Origin: Escherichia phage UPWr_E1
Sequence record: PP418985.1
Direction: 5' to 3' (one strand)
DNA length: 64,000 bases
Shown: positions 54,381-62,560 of the stretch, piece by piece
How the letters are laid out: the number at the start of each line of letters is the position of its first letter
Position numbering within the stretch: position 1 is the stretch's first letter
Notes under the pieces: model-generated
What the model was told of the DNA's origin: nothing
The model's database searches: none
The model's input: only the letters and a program-made list of their open reading frames with translations
Made by a program: the position numbers and the translations under genes

Positions 54381-54625
54381 AATTAGAACAAGCGATTGTA
54401 TACTTTGAGATGGGCTATGATATTGCTCGTGTAGAGTGGGAAGATGGTGATTTTGTCCGATTGATTGATCTTCCAGAAACAGCTATTGCACTGGTCAAAG
54501 TAGAAAACGGCATACAACGAAATTATGCGTTCTCTGACGAAGACAAACAAGCCGATGACTGGTACGCTACCTGTTTTCATCATACAGCGTCAAAATGTGA
54601 TTCAGGGGCTTCTATGCGCCAATAA
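54377..54625 (+). CDS. hypothetical protein (82 aa)
   Basis: ORF; bidirectional terminator 54631-54657 follows. Confidence 0.5.
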   Translation: MKLEQAIVYFEMGYDIARVEWEDGDFVRLIDLPETAIALVKVENGIQRNYAFSDEDKQADDWYATCFHHTASKCDSGASMRQ

Positions 54626-54630
54626 AAAAG

Positions 54631-54657
54631 AAGGGGAGGCCGAAAGGCTTCCCCTTT
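54631..54657. terminator. bidirectional terminator between convergent early (+) and late (-) units
   Basis: AAGGGGAGGC-cgaaag-GCTTCCCCTT flanked by AAAAAAG upstream and TTT downstream. Confidence 0.75.
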
Positions 54658-54660
54658 AAG

Positions 54661-55317
54661 TTATCTAATCCTTCCGAGGATTCTGGCAGATTGATTGCAA
54701 AGAGTATCTAAATTCTCAATGTCAATATCTGGTTTATTCTTCCATGCAATGGCGATACTACCAGAATAGACATTATCGAGATTGAATATAGGACAAGAAT
54801 ACATGAATCCTATATCGATATTCTCTAATTTTTTCTCCCTCGACGGAATATACTGGAAATCTTTATCGGTAAAATAGGATTTACCTAAAAGATGCCTACG
54901 ATATTCTTCGCTCGTTTTATTGATAGGGAAGCCGCCTAAATTCTTTTCATCAATTGTATGTGGCAATTTTCCTTCGTATGCCACCAAATCAACGAAATAG
55001 TTTAGGTTTTTTGGACGAAAGCTAAAAACAGCAGAAAAATCGGCATCTGCCGACACATGAACTATCTGTAACTGCTCCTGTGCTGCATTATCAAAATTGC
55101 GGTCTTTTTCTACCTGGAGAACGTGAGCATAAGTCTCATAACGAGTTTCTTTATAAAGCGCAAACAACTCGTTTTTGCTATAAACGACAAATGCTAATAT
55201 AGACAACACAACGGCAGCAAAAACACGAAGTACGAGCAACTCCGTGCTTTTAGTTGTGAAAATAGCGCGCAGGACATTTGAGATAGCAAAGTCTTTCTCT
55301 TTTTCAGAAACTTGCAT
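54661..55317 (-). CDS. t: holin T (T4-type class III holin)
   Basis: 218 aa (same as T4 T); single N-terminal TM helix; LQIVH.S..ADFSAV.SFRPKNLNYFVD..AYEGKLP, RILGR as in remembered T4 T. Confidence 0.9.
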   Translation of the reverse strand: MQVSEKEKDFAISNVLRAIFTTKSTELLVLRVFAAVVLSILAFVVYSKNELFALYKETRYETYAHVLQVEKDRNFDNAAQEQLQIVHVSADADFSAVFSFRPKNLNYFVDLVAYEGKLPHTIDEKNLGGFPINKTSEEYRRHLLGKSYFTDKDFQYIPSREKKLENIDIGFMYSCPIFNLDNVYSGSIAIAWKNKPDIDIENLDTLCNQSARILGRIR

Positions 55318-55351
55318 ATAATGCCCTAAAAATAACTATGACAGTGTACCA

Positions 55352-55591
55352 TTATTTAGGTACTTGACTATCACCCGTTTTATTCTGCTCGTTGCTATCT
55401 TCCGTCTGTTCTTTATTAAACTCCTTATAAAGTTCTTCCACAAAACGGTCATCAATTGGCGTATTGGTATATGCCGCAAGACGACGAGCGCAATAGAAGA
55501 AAATTTTAGTGAGCATCTTTTCACTAATTAACTTTGATAATAATTTCATTCCGAAACTAGACAAAGCACCAATGACGATATTATAGACCAT
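55352..55591 (-). CDS. hypothetical protein (79 aa)
   Basis: ATG 55591 preceded on - strand by AAGGAG; N-terminal hydrophobic segment, acidic C-terminus. Confidence 0.55.
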   Translation of the reverse strand: MVYNIVIGALSSFGMKLLSKLISEKMLTKIFFYCARRLAAYTNTPIDDRFVEELYKEFNKEQTEDSNEQNKTGDSQVPK

Positions 55592-55642
55592 AGCCGTTTC
55601 TCCTTAGTAGTTCCCTTCCGTGGGAGCTTTCCTTAATTCTTT

Positions 55643-55945
55643 TTAGCGGTTGCTCAAACGTCTATAGCGAAGATGGGAAATACCCCTGTTTGTAGTTACC
55701 GTGATCGTTACTCCCTGCGGCACAATACAAGAATGGATCTGTCCCCAATCATGACCCTTATGACTCCCAGACACACAAAAGCCATGCAAAAGCAATTCAG
55801 AGTCACCGCCACCACCACCAGAAGAATGAGCACCAAATGAAACCGTACCGAAAGCGTCTGGTGTCCATCCATTAGGGATATCAAACCAACCCTGATTCGC
55901 TTTACCAGCTTTATTACCTAAAACACCATCTACCCACCATCCCAT
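55643..55945 (-). CDS. small glycine-rich paralog C (100 aa)
   Basis: GWWVDG...GWFDIPNGW...GGGGGD; start overlaps paralog B stop (TAATG). Confidence 0.6.
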   Translation of the reverse strand: MGWWVDGVLGNKAGKANQGWFDIPNGWTPDAFGTVSFGAHSSGGGGGDSELLLHGFCVSGSHKGHDWGQIHSCIVPQGVTITVTTNRGISHLRYRRLSNR

Positions 55946-56244
55946 TAATGCATTCTCCTAAATTGGAAGTGGTTTAAACTTCCTTTGCCAATACTAAAGC
56001 TGACAGTAGCGCCAGCACCAACTAAAGAACTAGCTCCCCAACTTCCTGCACTACCGGCGTGATGACCAGATTCAAGAGTACCGTTTACATATAGCTCTGC
56101 ATCTAGGTCATTACCAGCGGCTTCGGCATGAACAGATACAATACCGCATGAATCTGCCACCCAACCATTAGGAATACCAAACCATCCACCATTAGCATAA
56201 ATGCTAATAGCATTTGCCATTCTTCCAGCAATCCACCCAGCCAT
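55945..56244 (-). CDS. small glycine-rich paralog B (99 aa)
   Basis: AGWIAG...GGWFGIPNGW; 2 nt after paralog A stop. Confidence 0.6.
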   Translation of the reverse strand: MAGWIAGRMANAISIYANGGWFGIPNGWVADSCGIVSVHAEAAGNDLDAELYVNGTLESGHHAGSAGSWGASSLVGAGATVSFSIGKGSLNHFQFRRMH

Positions 56245-56246
56245 AA

Positions 56247-56543
56247 TTAAAACTCCATAAATTTAAAGTATTCAATCCCACCGACACCACCATGACCAAA
56301 TGTAACAGTACATCCAGCAGGAACAAACGCATTAACGGTAAATCCCCAATCCCCGCCACCACGACGACGAGCGGCAACTACACCATCAACGGAAATATGC
56401 ATATCACCCCAACCATCATTAGCATTATGCCGCAAAACAGCAACCCCTGCACGACTGGGTACATATCCATTTGGAATATCAAAAACATGCCATTTTAAAG
56501 CATCAATTTTAGTATTAATTTCACTACCGACCCAATATCCCAT
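56247..56543 (-). CDS. small glycine-rich paralog A (98 aa)
   Basis: MGYWVG...WHVFDIPNGY...GGGDWG...GHGGVGG; 38 nt downstream of gp37 stop, RBS TAAGGA. Confidence 0.6.
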   Translation of the reverse strand: MGYWVGSEINTKIDALKWHVFDIPNGYVPSRAGVAVLRHNANDGWGDMHISVDGVVAARRRGGGDWGFTVNAFVPAGCTVTFGHGGVGGIEYFKFMEF

Positions 56544-56554
56544 TTAAGATCCTT

Positions 56555-56573
56555 AGCGGGGAGAAATCCCCGC
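56555..56573 (-). other. intercistronic hairpin between gene 37 and glycine-rich paralog A
   Basis: + strand AGCGGGGA-gaaa-TCCCCGCT; same stem word as the type I promoter hairpins; T-run only on + strand side. Confidence 0.55.
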
Positions 56574-56581
56574 TATTTTAA

Positions 56582-59500
56582 TTAACCAAATAATTTAGCC
56601 TCAATTGCAGCAAGACGTTCACGAAGAATTTTATTTTCTTCTTTAAGAAGTGCAATTTCTTCTGTGTGTTCGTTGATTGCAGCAGTAATTAAACCAATAA
56701 CACCGTTATAGTTCAAACGAAGAAGGTTTTCACCAACCGGATCGCCTTCAACTAGTTCCGGTAAAATGGCTTGAACTTCTTGAGCAATCAAACCAGCATT
56801 AGGCTCCCATCGTTCGCTACCGTCTTCATTTACTCCGCGTTTTTGAAGATACATATAACCGTTAATTTTTGAAAGTGTCTGTGATGCATTTTCAAATTTA
56901 ACTAAATCCTTCTTCACGCGAATATCAGAACGGATATAAATGTCACGAACATATGTCGAATAGTTGTCATTCGCCTGAATCAAATGACCATGAGAAATAA
57001 TAGCTTTGTCAACTTCGGTCCATAAAGCAGCACCAACACTCCATAATCCAGGATGTTCTTGATGGAAGATACCCCATGAGGCAATATGTTGTCCGTTTGC
57101 CATCAGGTTAATACGTCCATCACCACCATGCGCTAAACCAGTGTCATTATCACCAATAGCAATTGATGCGCCTCCCCAAACCGGAACCGTACCAACACCA
57201 ATTCTAGGAGTTTGAATCAAAGGGCAATAAAACTGTCCGTTAGCATGAAACTCAAACACACCTTGTGGATGGTTAGCCCCTGGTGTAGCTTCCGCAGATC
57301 CAACACGAATAACAGCTTGTCCCCATGTTCCGGGAGTACGACGTAAGCCAAAGTCAGCCTTAGTAGAATATCCTTGACCTGTGATCTGGCTATGTCCTTT
57401 AATAAGTGGATAATAGCTATCTTGTCCAACACTACCCTGATCAATAAAGATAGGTGCTTCTTCGCGCCACTGTCCGTCCCATGAACCGGAATGATTAGCA
57501 ACCCACTGTGTAGCGTTTATATAGATGCGGTCTTTGCTAATACTAACATTATTAAAATTTTGTGGCGCAAGTGCTATCTCGCCATTATTCGTGATGTGTA
57601 TACCAGCCTGAGTTGCATAGCTATAAAATGCTAGCGAATTATCCGCACCACCTTTACCAATATACCAGTTATTATTTCCGCCTATATCACCGCGAATATG
57701 CAAAGAATTGCTAGCGGTAGTCGATAGTACAATCGCATCACCCGGACGTTTAATGGTTAGTCGACCGTCGGATTCAACTTCACCAAAGAACTTAGTTTTA
57801 ATTGCACCCGTCGCTAAAGTACGTTCAGTGGAAAAATGAGCGCCTTTGCTATCTTCTAACTGAATAATGTTATCACGAGCATTATTGCTATCACCCCAAT
57901 GATTAAACCGGAAATAATCGCGTGATTGCTTACCACCCGCTTCAAACGTCAGCGTACCTTTACTTAAATTAACATCACCACCAAAGGTAGCAGCAAGCGA
58001 ACTACTTTTTAATCTTAAAATATCAGCACCGCTAGTTCCACCTAAAGTAACATCACCAGTTTTGAATTGATAACGGAAAGGTCTATTTGTGTTAAAGTTT
58101 CCATCTTGATCATTTTCGTCGGTGGAAAGAATATAAAGACTTTCACCATCATTACGGAAAATTGTACCAAAATTACCGCCATACATTTTAAATGCATTGG
58201 ATGAACGGAATTTAACTTCTGTGTTAAAAGTTGTAGTTGATTTAAACGTTGTTGAACTACCGAAGTTAACAACACCATTAAAATCTTGTTGTGCTGTCCA
58301 TGTGTGGCGACCATCTTCCACAACAATACGGCGAACGGTATTAGTTCTATTTCCCGGATTACCAGCTACACGAACGACAAAATAACGGTAGTTAGCTTGT
58401 GACACAGTACCACGCCAAACCTGAACGGTGCGACCTGTTCCGGTATGCTCACTAGGTCCAACGGATAACATAATTAAGTTACCGTCAATCGTTCCCCAAT
58501 CCATATTTGCTGGCATGTTCTTGACTTTATTCAGCGGTACGCTATACATCCCGCCAGGAACAAAATCAAATGTTTGCCAGTCTAGCTCTGTTAATTGAGC
58601 TTTAACACCACCCATACCCAAAGTAATTGGCAGAGAATAAGATGTATATACTTCGTTCCATGTACCCCAAACGCCATTAGTATATGCGCGCTCAAAAATA
58701 CGTCCGCGAGTAGTTGCACCTGTTCCGGCAGTAGTAAATTTTTGGAAAATAGCACCACCAGAAGCACGCTGTTTAACTTCCAGCAAACCAACAATAACAG
58801 GCGGCAAACCTTCACCTGTAGGGCAGTTAATAACGGCATCAGTGCCTAAAATATTATATAAACCTGGAGTTTTAAAATCATTCAGGTTTCCGTCATAGAA
58901 AGTCGCTGGTGTGACATTACCTACTTGTTGCCACGGTCCCCATTTAGGCGCAGAAGCATCCCACGCAGCAGCAAGACAACGAGTATAAACAACACCAAAT
59001 CTGGTCGTATATCTCTGTGTGCGAGAATATTTTCCACCTTCATATACTTCTAAAAGTCCTTGAGCGGACGATCCTTCTTCTGGGAAATTTCTGTCAAAGG
59101 TAGCAATGGTATTTGAACTATTCCGCCACAAACCAAAATGTTCCGCGCCACCTAGATCATTAAGATCAATTGTGGTTGACAATGGACGAGTACCGGATTG
59201 AATATTTCTCCACACACCCCACGGACCATCAACACCATTCCATTTAGCAGACAAAGAACGAATATAAACATTTCCGTATCTAGTTGTATATCTCTGAGTT
59301 CCAGCAAATTGCCCAGCCGTAAACACTTCCAATACACCAACAGCATTTTCTTCTGGGAATTTATTTGCAGGTTGCGCATTTGTTGAAGTAGATTTAGACC
59401 AAATGCCAGTAAATTTACCAGTCGGTCCATAATTATCTAAATTTGCATCAGTTGGCAATTCGCCGCGAAAGTGTCCCAAAGTAATTACATTATTGCTGTC

Positions 59501-59626
59501 ATCTTTTGTATATAGTTCTCGATCCGCTAGGTTAATAGCAAGTTCACCCGGAGTTAGAATATTCGCATCCGGCTTGCGACCTGCCGTACTTGTTCTTTTA
59601 AATTGGATTCTCTGTAAATCTGCCAT
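56582..59626 (-). CDS. 37: long tail fibre distal subunit gp37 with C-terminal intramolecular chaperone domain
   Basis: 1014 aa (T4 gp37 about 1026 aa); between 36-like gene and holin; C-terminal about 120 aa contain SDIRVKKDL plus coiled coil, typical of peptidase S74 auto-cleaving chaperone domains. Confidence 0.85.
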   Translation of the reverse strand: MADLQRIQFKRTSTAGRKPDANILTPGELAINLADRELYTKDDSNNVITLGHFRGELPTDANLDNYGPTGKFTGIWSKSTSTNAQPANKFPEENAVGVLEVFTAGQFAGTQRYTTRYGNVYIRSLSAKWNGVDGPWGVWRNIQSGTRPLSTTIDLNDLGGAEHFGLWRNSSNTIATFDRNFPEEGSSAQGLLEVYEGGKYSRTQRYTTRFGVVYTRCLAAAWDASAPKWGPWQQVGNVTPATFYDGNLNDFKTPGLYNILGTDAVINCPTGEGLPPVIVGLLEVKQRASGGAIFQKFTTAGTGATTRGRIFERAYTNGVWGTWNEVYTSYSLPITLGMGGVKAQLTELDWQTFDFVPGGMYSVPLNKVKNMPANMDWGTIDGNLIMLSVGPSEHTGTGRTVQVWRGTVSQANYRYFVVRVAGNPGNRTNTVRRIVVEDGRHTWTAQQDFNGVVNFGSSTTFKSTTTFNTEVKFRSSNAFKMYGGNFGTIFRNDGESLYILSTDENDQDGNFNTNRPFRYQFKTGDVTLGGTSGADILRLKSSSLAATFGGDVNLSKGTLTFEAGGKQSRDYFRFNHWGDSNNARDNIIQLEDSKGAHFSTERTLATGAIKTKFFGEVESDGRLTIKRPGDAIVLSTTASNSLHIRGDIGGNNNWYIGKGGADNSLAFYSYATQAGIHITNNGEIALAPQNFNNVSISKDRIYINATQWVANHSGSWDGQWREEAPIFIDQGSVGQDSYYPLIKGHSQITGQGYSTKADFGLRRTPGTWGQAVIRVGSAEATPGANHPQGVFEFHANGQFYCPLIQTPRIGVGTVPVWGGASIAIGDNDTGLAHGGDGRINLMANGQHIASWGIFHQEHPGLWSVGAALWTEVDKAIISHGHLIQANDNYSTYVRDIYIRSDIRVKKDLVKFENASQTLSKINGYMYLQKRGVNEDGSERWEPNAGLIAQEVQAILPELVEGDPVGENLLRLNYNGVIGLITAAINEHTEEIALLKEENKILRERLAAIEAKLFG

Positions 59627-59660
59627 TTTATAAAATCCTTAACGGTTATTAGAATAATAT

Positions 59661-59690
59661 TATTTAGAAAAGCGGGGATAATCCCCCGCT
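59661..59690 (-). terminator. - strand terminator between the gene 36-like gene and gene 37
   Basis: + strand AGCGGGG-ataatc-CCCCGCT 59671-59690; on - strand followed by TTTCTAAATA. Confidence 0.55.
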
Positions 59691-59694
59691 AGAA

Positions 59695-61185
59695 TTAGAA
59701 AGTACCAAAATCAATTACCGCATTAAGCGGAACAGCGCCAACATCATCAGGAGTTGGTTTGTGTCCTTCGTGGTATAATTCAAATGTATCTGTGTCCTGA
59801 GTATTGTTTCGGGATTTAACGAAAATAATTTTAGAATCATGTGTGATGCCTAGTTTCTCGTGCGCTTTAATATCACTAACACGATGAATCATTGCTGTGC
59901 CATCTAAGCTATTAAGTCCAGCGTAGCAATTGTCACCATTATAGTTAGCTTTTGCTGTACGAACGCCGTTTGCAGCAGGAACTGTCAACGCACCTGTCAT
60001 GGTATCGCCAGTCACATTAACATAGCGAGCATCAGCCAATTTACGGTGATCTACATAGTTCCATGCGGTCCATGATTCATTAGAACAAGAACGCCAGCAC
60101 ATCGGATGATCAATAGATTCAGGATAATATACCTGAACAATTCGACGAGTACCGACCGCATCTTCTGGGCGATATACCATCAAAACGCCGTTATAATAGC
60201 TATCAGACGGTTTATTAGTACCTGATCCAGCATTTTCCACACGATAGATACCGCGATTAATAAGAGTGTTCCAATCAACGTTTCCAATGATTGTTGGATT
60301 TGCTACCATTGATTTTTTCTCAAAGTAGCTCAAACGAACCAATTCATTCGGACCAGCAGGATCGTTTGTCGCCAACATTCTAGGCGCTTGCAAGTTACCT
60401 TCCATAATATCACCAGCACGTTTAACCTGTGCATCATTGGTGACATTACCTAGTCCAACATCGGCTTTAGTTGGTTTATTGTTGGTGTGATAAAAACGAC
60501 CTTCTTTGCCATTAACAAAAATGGTAGGCTCATCTTTGCTACGGAATACCAACGTATCAAGAACGTTACCATAATAGATCTTAGTCGCATCAAAATTAAT
60601 TAAATCACGTCCCCTTGCAATTAATTTCGAATCAACCGATAGTTTAACAGTGACAGTGTTTAAATTATATGTTCCTGTGAGAGTATCACCGCGACGAGAC
60701 ACCAAATCTAAATCATTATTCGTCGGCTTATTAACAGGGCTATAGACGCGTTGACCAGTGTCTTTAATGGTTGTCCCTTCGATGGTCCCTTTAGTTTTAA
60801 AATCACCTGTGGTAGTGTCAATATAAGCCATGATAACATCATCACGAGCATTAACAAAGCCGATGGATTTCCACGAATGCAAACCCCAACTTACACCATC
60901 AAAGTTAGCAGCATCACTCTTGCCTTTAAAGATCCCGTTCTTTTTGGTTTCTCCACCGGATGCGCTACCTACGCTTAAACCTTCCTCAAAATGGACCAGT
61001 TTCTGAAATGTACCACCTTCGGTTGCACTGACGGAATCAGAATCTTCCGCCGTCGGCTTGTCAAACGCAGTATAGATTTTATGACCTTTATAGAAAAGCT
61101 GGTCCCCCGCTGGCTGGATCGTCAAGTTTCCTTGCGTCCAAATGGGAGATCCGCCTACAGTAGATCCATGTTTCAAATCTGCCAT
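59695..61185 (-). CDS. 36: tail fibre protein (gp36-like by position, 496 aa)
   Basis: Between 35-like and 37; late promoter TATAAATA 61219-61226 upstream; larger than T4 gp36 (about 221 aa), so assignment is positional. Confidence 0.55.
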   Translation of the reverse strand: MADLKHGSTVGGSPIWTQGNLTIQPAGDQLFYKGHKIYTAFDKPTAEDSDSVSATEGGTFQKLVHFEEGLSVGSASGGETKKNGIFKGKSDAANFDGVSWGLHSWKSIGFVNARDDVIMAYIDTTTGDFKTKGTIEGTTIKDTGQRVYSPVNKPTNNDLDLVSRRGDTLTGTYNLNTVTVKLSVDSKLIARGRDLINFDATKIYYGNVLDTLVFRSKDEPTIFVNGKEGRFYHTNNKPTKADVGLGNVTNDAQVKRAGDIMEGNLQAPRMLATNDPAGPNELVRLSYFEKKSMVANPTIIGNVDWNTLINRGIYRVENAGSGTNKPSDSYYNGVLMVYRPEDAVGTRRIVQVYYPESIDHPMCWRSCSNESWTAWNYVDHRKLADARYVNVTGDTMTGALTVPAANGVRTAKANYNGDNCYAGLNSLDGTAMIHRVSDIKAHEKLGITHDSKIIFVKSRNNTQDTDTFELYHEGHKPTPDDVGAVPLNAVIDFGTF

Positions 61186-61218
61186 AAAGTAACCTCAAAA
61201 ATTAGTTATAGTTCCGAG

Positions 61219-61226
61219 TATTTATA
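61219..61226 (-). promoter_or_regulatory. T4-type late promoter (TATAAATA) for the gene 36-like tail fibre gene
   Basis: + strand TATTTATA 61219-61226 = TATAAATA on - strand, about 34 nt upstream of ATG 61185 with GAGGT RBS between. Confidence 0.65.
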
Positions 61227-61344
61227 GAATGTTAACAAAATATCGCTTTGCGACGTGCCGTAGGCACTGATTATTTTTTAACCGAAACAAATTTTCTATA
61301 TTCTAAAGATCTTTCTTCGTTTTGGTTATGTTTTAACCAACTGC

Positions 61345-61376
61345 ATAAAAATAAAGCCGACCACGAGGATCGGCTT
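61345..61376 (-). terminator. - strand terminator after the gene 35-like gene (repeated element, inverted copy)
   Basis: + 61354-61376 is the exact reverse complement of 50208-50230; on - strand followed by TATTTTTAT. Confidence 0.75.
61354..61376 (-). repeat. 23-nt terminator hairpin repeat, copy 2 (inverted)
   Basis: Reverse complement is identical to 50208-50230. Confidence 0.8.
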
Positions 61377-61386
61377 GTTAAAAATG

Positions 61387-62526
61387 TTAATCAACATCAA
61401 ACTCTTTAAAGTTGTTGGATGTGATGTGTTTATTATCTCTAGGCAGCTTAAGAAGACTCATAACAGGGTTATCGAAATTGCCGTTATCCTGAATGTGAGT
61501 TGTTCTAATACCGTTAACACCAAAGGAAGTAGGTCCGGTAGTTTTGACGACACCGCTTATAGGAGTAATCAGGATGTTTCTAACCTTAACAACACCTTCA
61601 TTGGAGTTGGTTGGATATCTGATACAACCAGTTACTACACTATCGACACCTTCCGGTACAGTATAAACAGCTTCGAATTTTTCCCATTGATCTTTCTGGC
61701 TGGCATTGTAGCGAACGCCAGTTTTATATTGTCCCTCCATAAAATAGTTATGGAAGAATCGCGCTGTTACGTTGGCTGCTGCTGCGGCACTATCACGGAA
61801 CAATTCAAAAGATATTGATAGTTTGTCACCTGCCTTGATGTTAAAATCTTCAAGTGGTGCGCTGATCTCATCATGAGGCCATTGTATTAGCTCGAAATGT
61901 TCGGCATCTTCGCTAACATACTCGACCGGATAATCTAAAAATCGTTGTGGTGTTCCTGTAATTGCAAGATCATCTATAGTATCATAGACTTTCTCAATCT
62001 GTATAGATGAATCTTGCCCTTCTCCGTGAGTTGCTTGCATACCTTCACAAACAATTTTACCCATTTTAGTAGAGTAAATTGCTGCATACGATACACGAGG
62101 CATTTGCTGTAATAGAATATAATTAGGGAAAGACACAGATCCTAACTTAGCAAATATACCATCACTTACAACATCTGCAAATAGTTCTCCATGTGATGCC
62201 ATTGCGATAATATAATCCCCTTTCAGTAAAGAAAGATAATCACGCATTGCCAATACAGCACCACGACCATAGAATACCTTTTCTTCGTGTAATTGTCCAG
62301 TTGGAGTAAGAACTTTAAAGTTTAGGCCAGTCTCATAGCCAGTCCCGACGATCTCCACTCCATTAAATCTAATCCTTGCTGGTTTGGAAGAATCCGCATT
62401 AGATCCGCGCACTTCCAGCTTATACATCACAGAGTTGTTTTCTGAAATGCTTGTAAATGTCGCGGAGTCTTCGTCGAAATGCGCAAACTTAATTCCAGTA
62501 TTGCGTAATTCTATCTCTTGTGTCAT
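61387..62526 (-). CDS. 35: tail fibre hinge protein (gp35-like by position, 379 aa)
   Basis: Size close to T4 gp35 (372 aa); directly downstream of gene 34. Confidence 0.55.
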   Translation of the reverse strand: MTQEIELRNTGIKFAHFDEDSATFTSISENNSVMYKLEVRGSNADSSKPARIRFNGVEIVGTGYETGLNFKVLTPTGQLHEEKVFYGRGAVLAMRDYLSLLKGDYIIAMASHGELFADVVSDGIFAKLGSVSFPNYILLQQMPRVSYAAIYSTKMGKIVCEGMQATHGEGQDSSIQIEKVYDTIDDLAITGTPQRFLDYPVEYVSEDAEHFELIQWPHDEISAPLEDFNIKAGDKLSISFELFRDSAAAAANVTARFFHNYFMEGQYKTGVRYNASQKDQWEKFEAVYTVPEGVDSVVTGCIRYPTNSNEGVVKVRNILITPISGVVKTTGPTSFGVNGIRTTHIQDNGNFDNPVMSLLKLPRDNKHITSNNFKEFDVD

Positions 62527-62538
62527 AATAACCCCATA

Positions 62539-62554
62539 GGGGGCTTTCGCCCCC
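62539..62554 (-). other. intercistronic hairpin between gene 34 and the gene 35-like gene
   Basis: + strand GGGGGC-tttc-GCCCCC (GAAA loop on - strand); T-run only on + strand side. Confidence 0.5.
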
Positions 62555-62560
62555 TTTTAA

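Noticed and set aside
55336-55524. Alternative-frame minus-strand ORF of 62 aa
   Set aside because: Overlaps ORF 55352-55591, which has a canonical AAGGAG RBS; the alternative frame has none.
56292-56498. Plus-strand 68-aa ORF
   Set aside because: Antisense to glycine-rich paralog A; no promoter or RBS; the coupled late-strand organisation is more coherent.
55643-56543. Idea that the three glycine-rich ORFs are fragments of one frameshifted gp38 pseudogene
   Set aside because: Each has its own start codon and stop, they are mutually paralogous rather than colinear parts of one protein, and the stop/start overlaps look like deliberate translational coupling.
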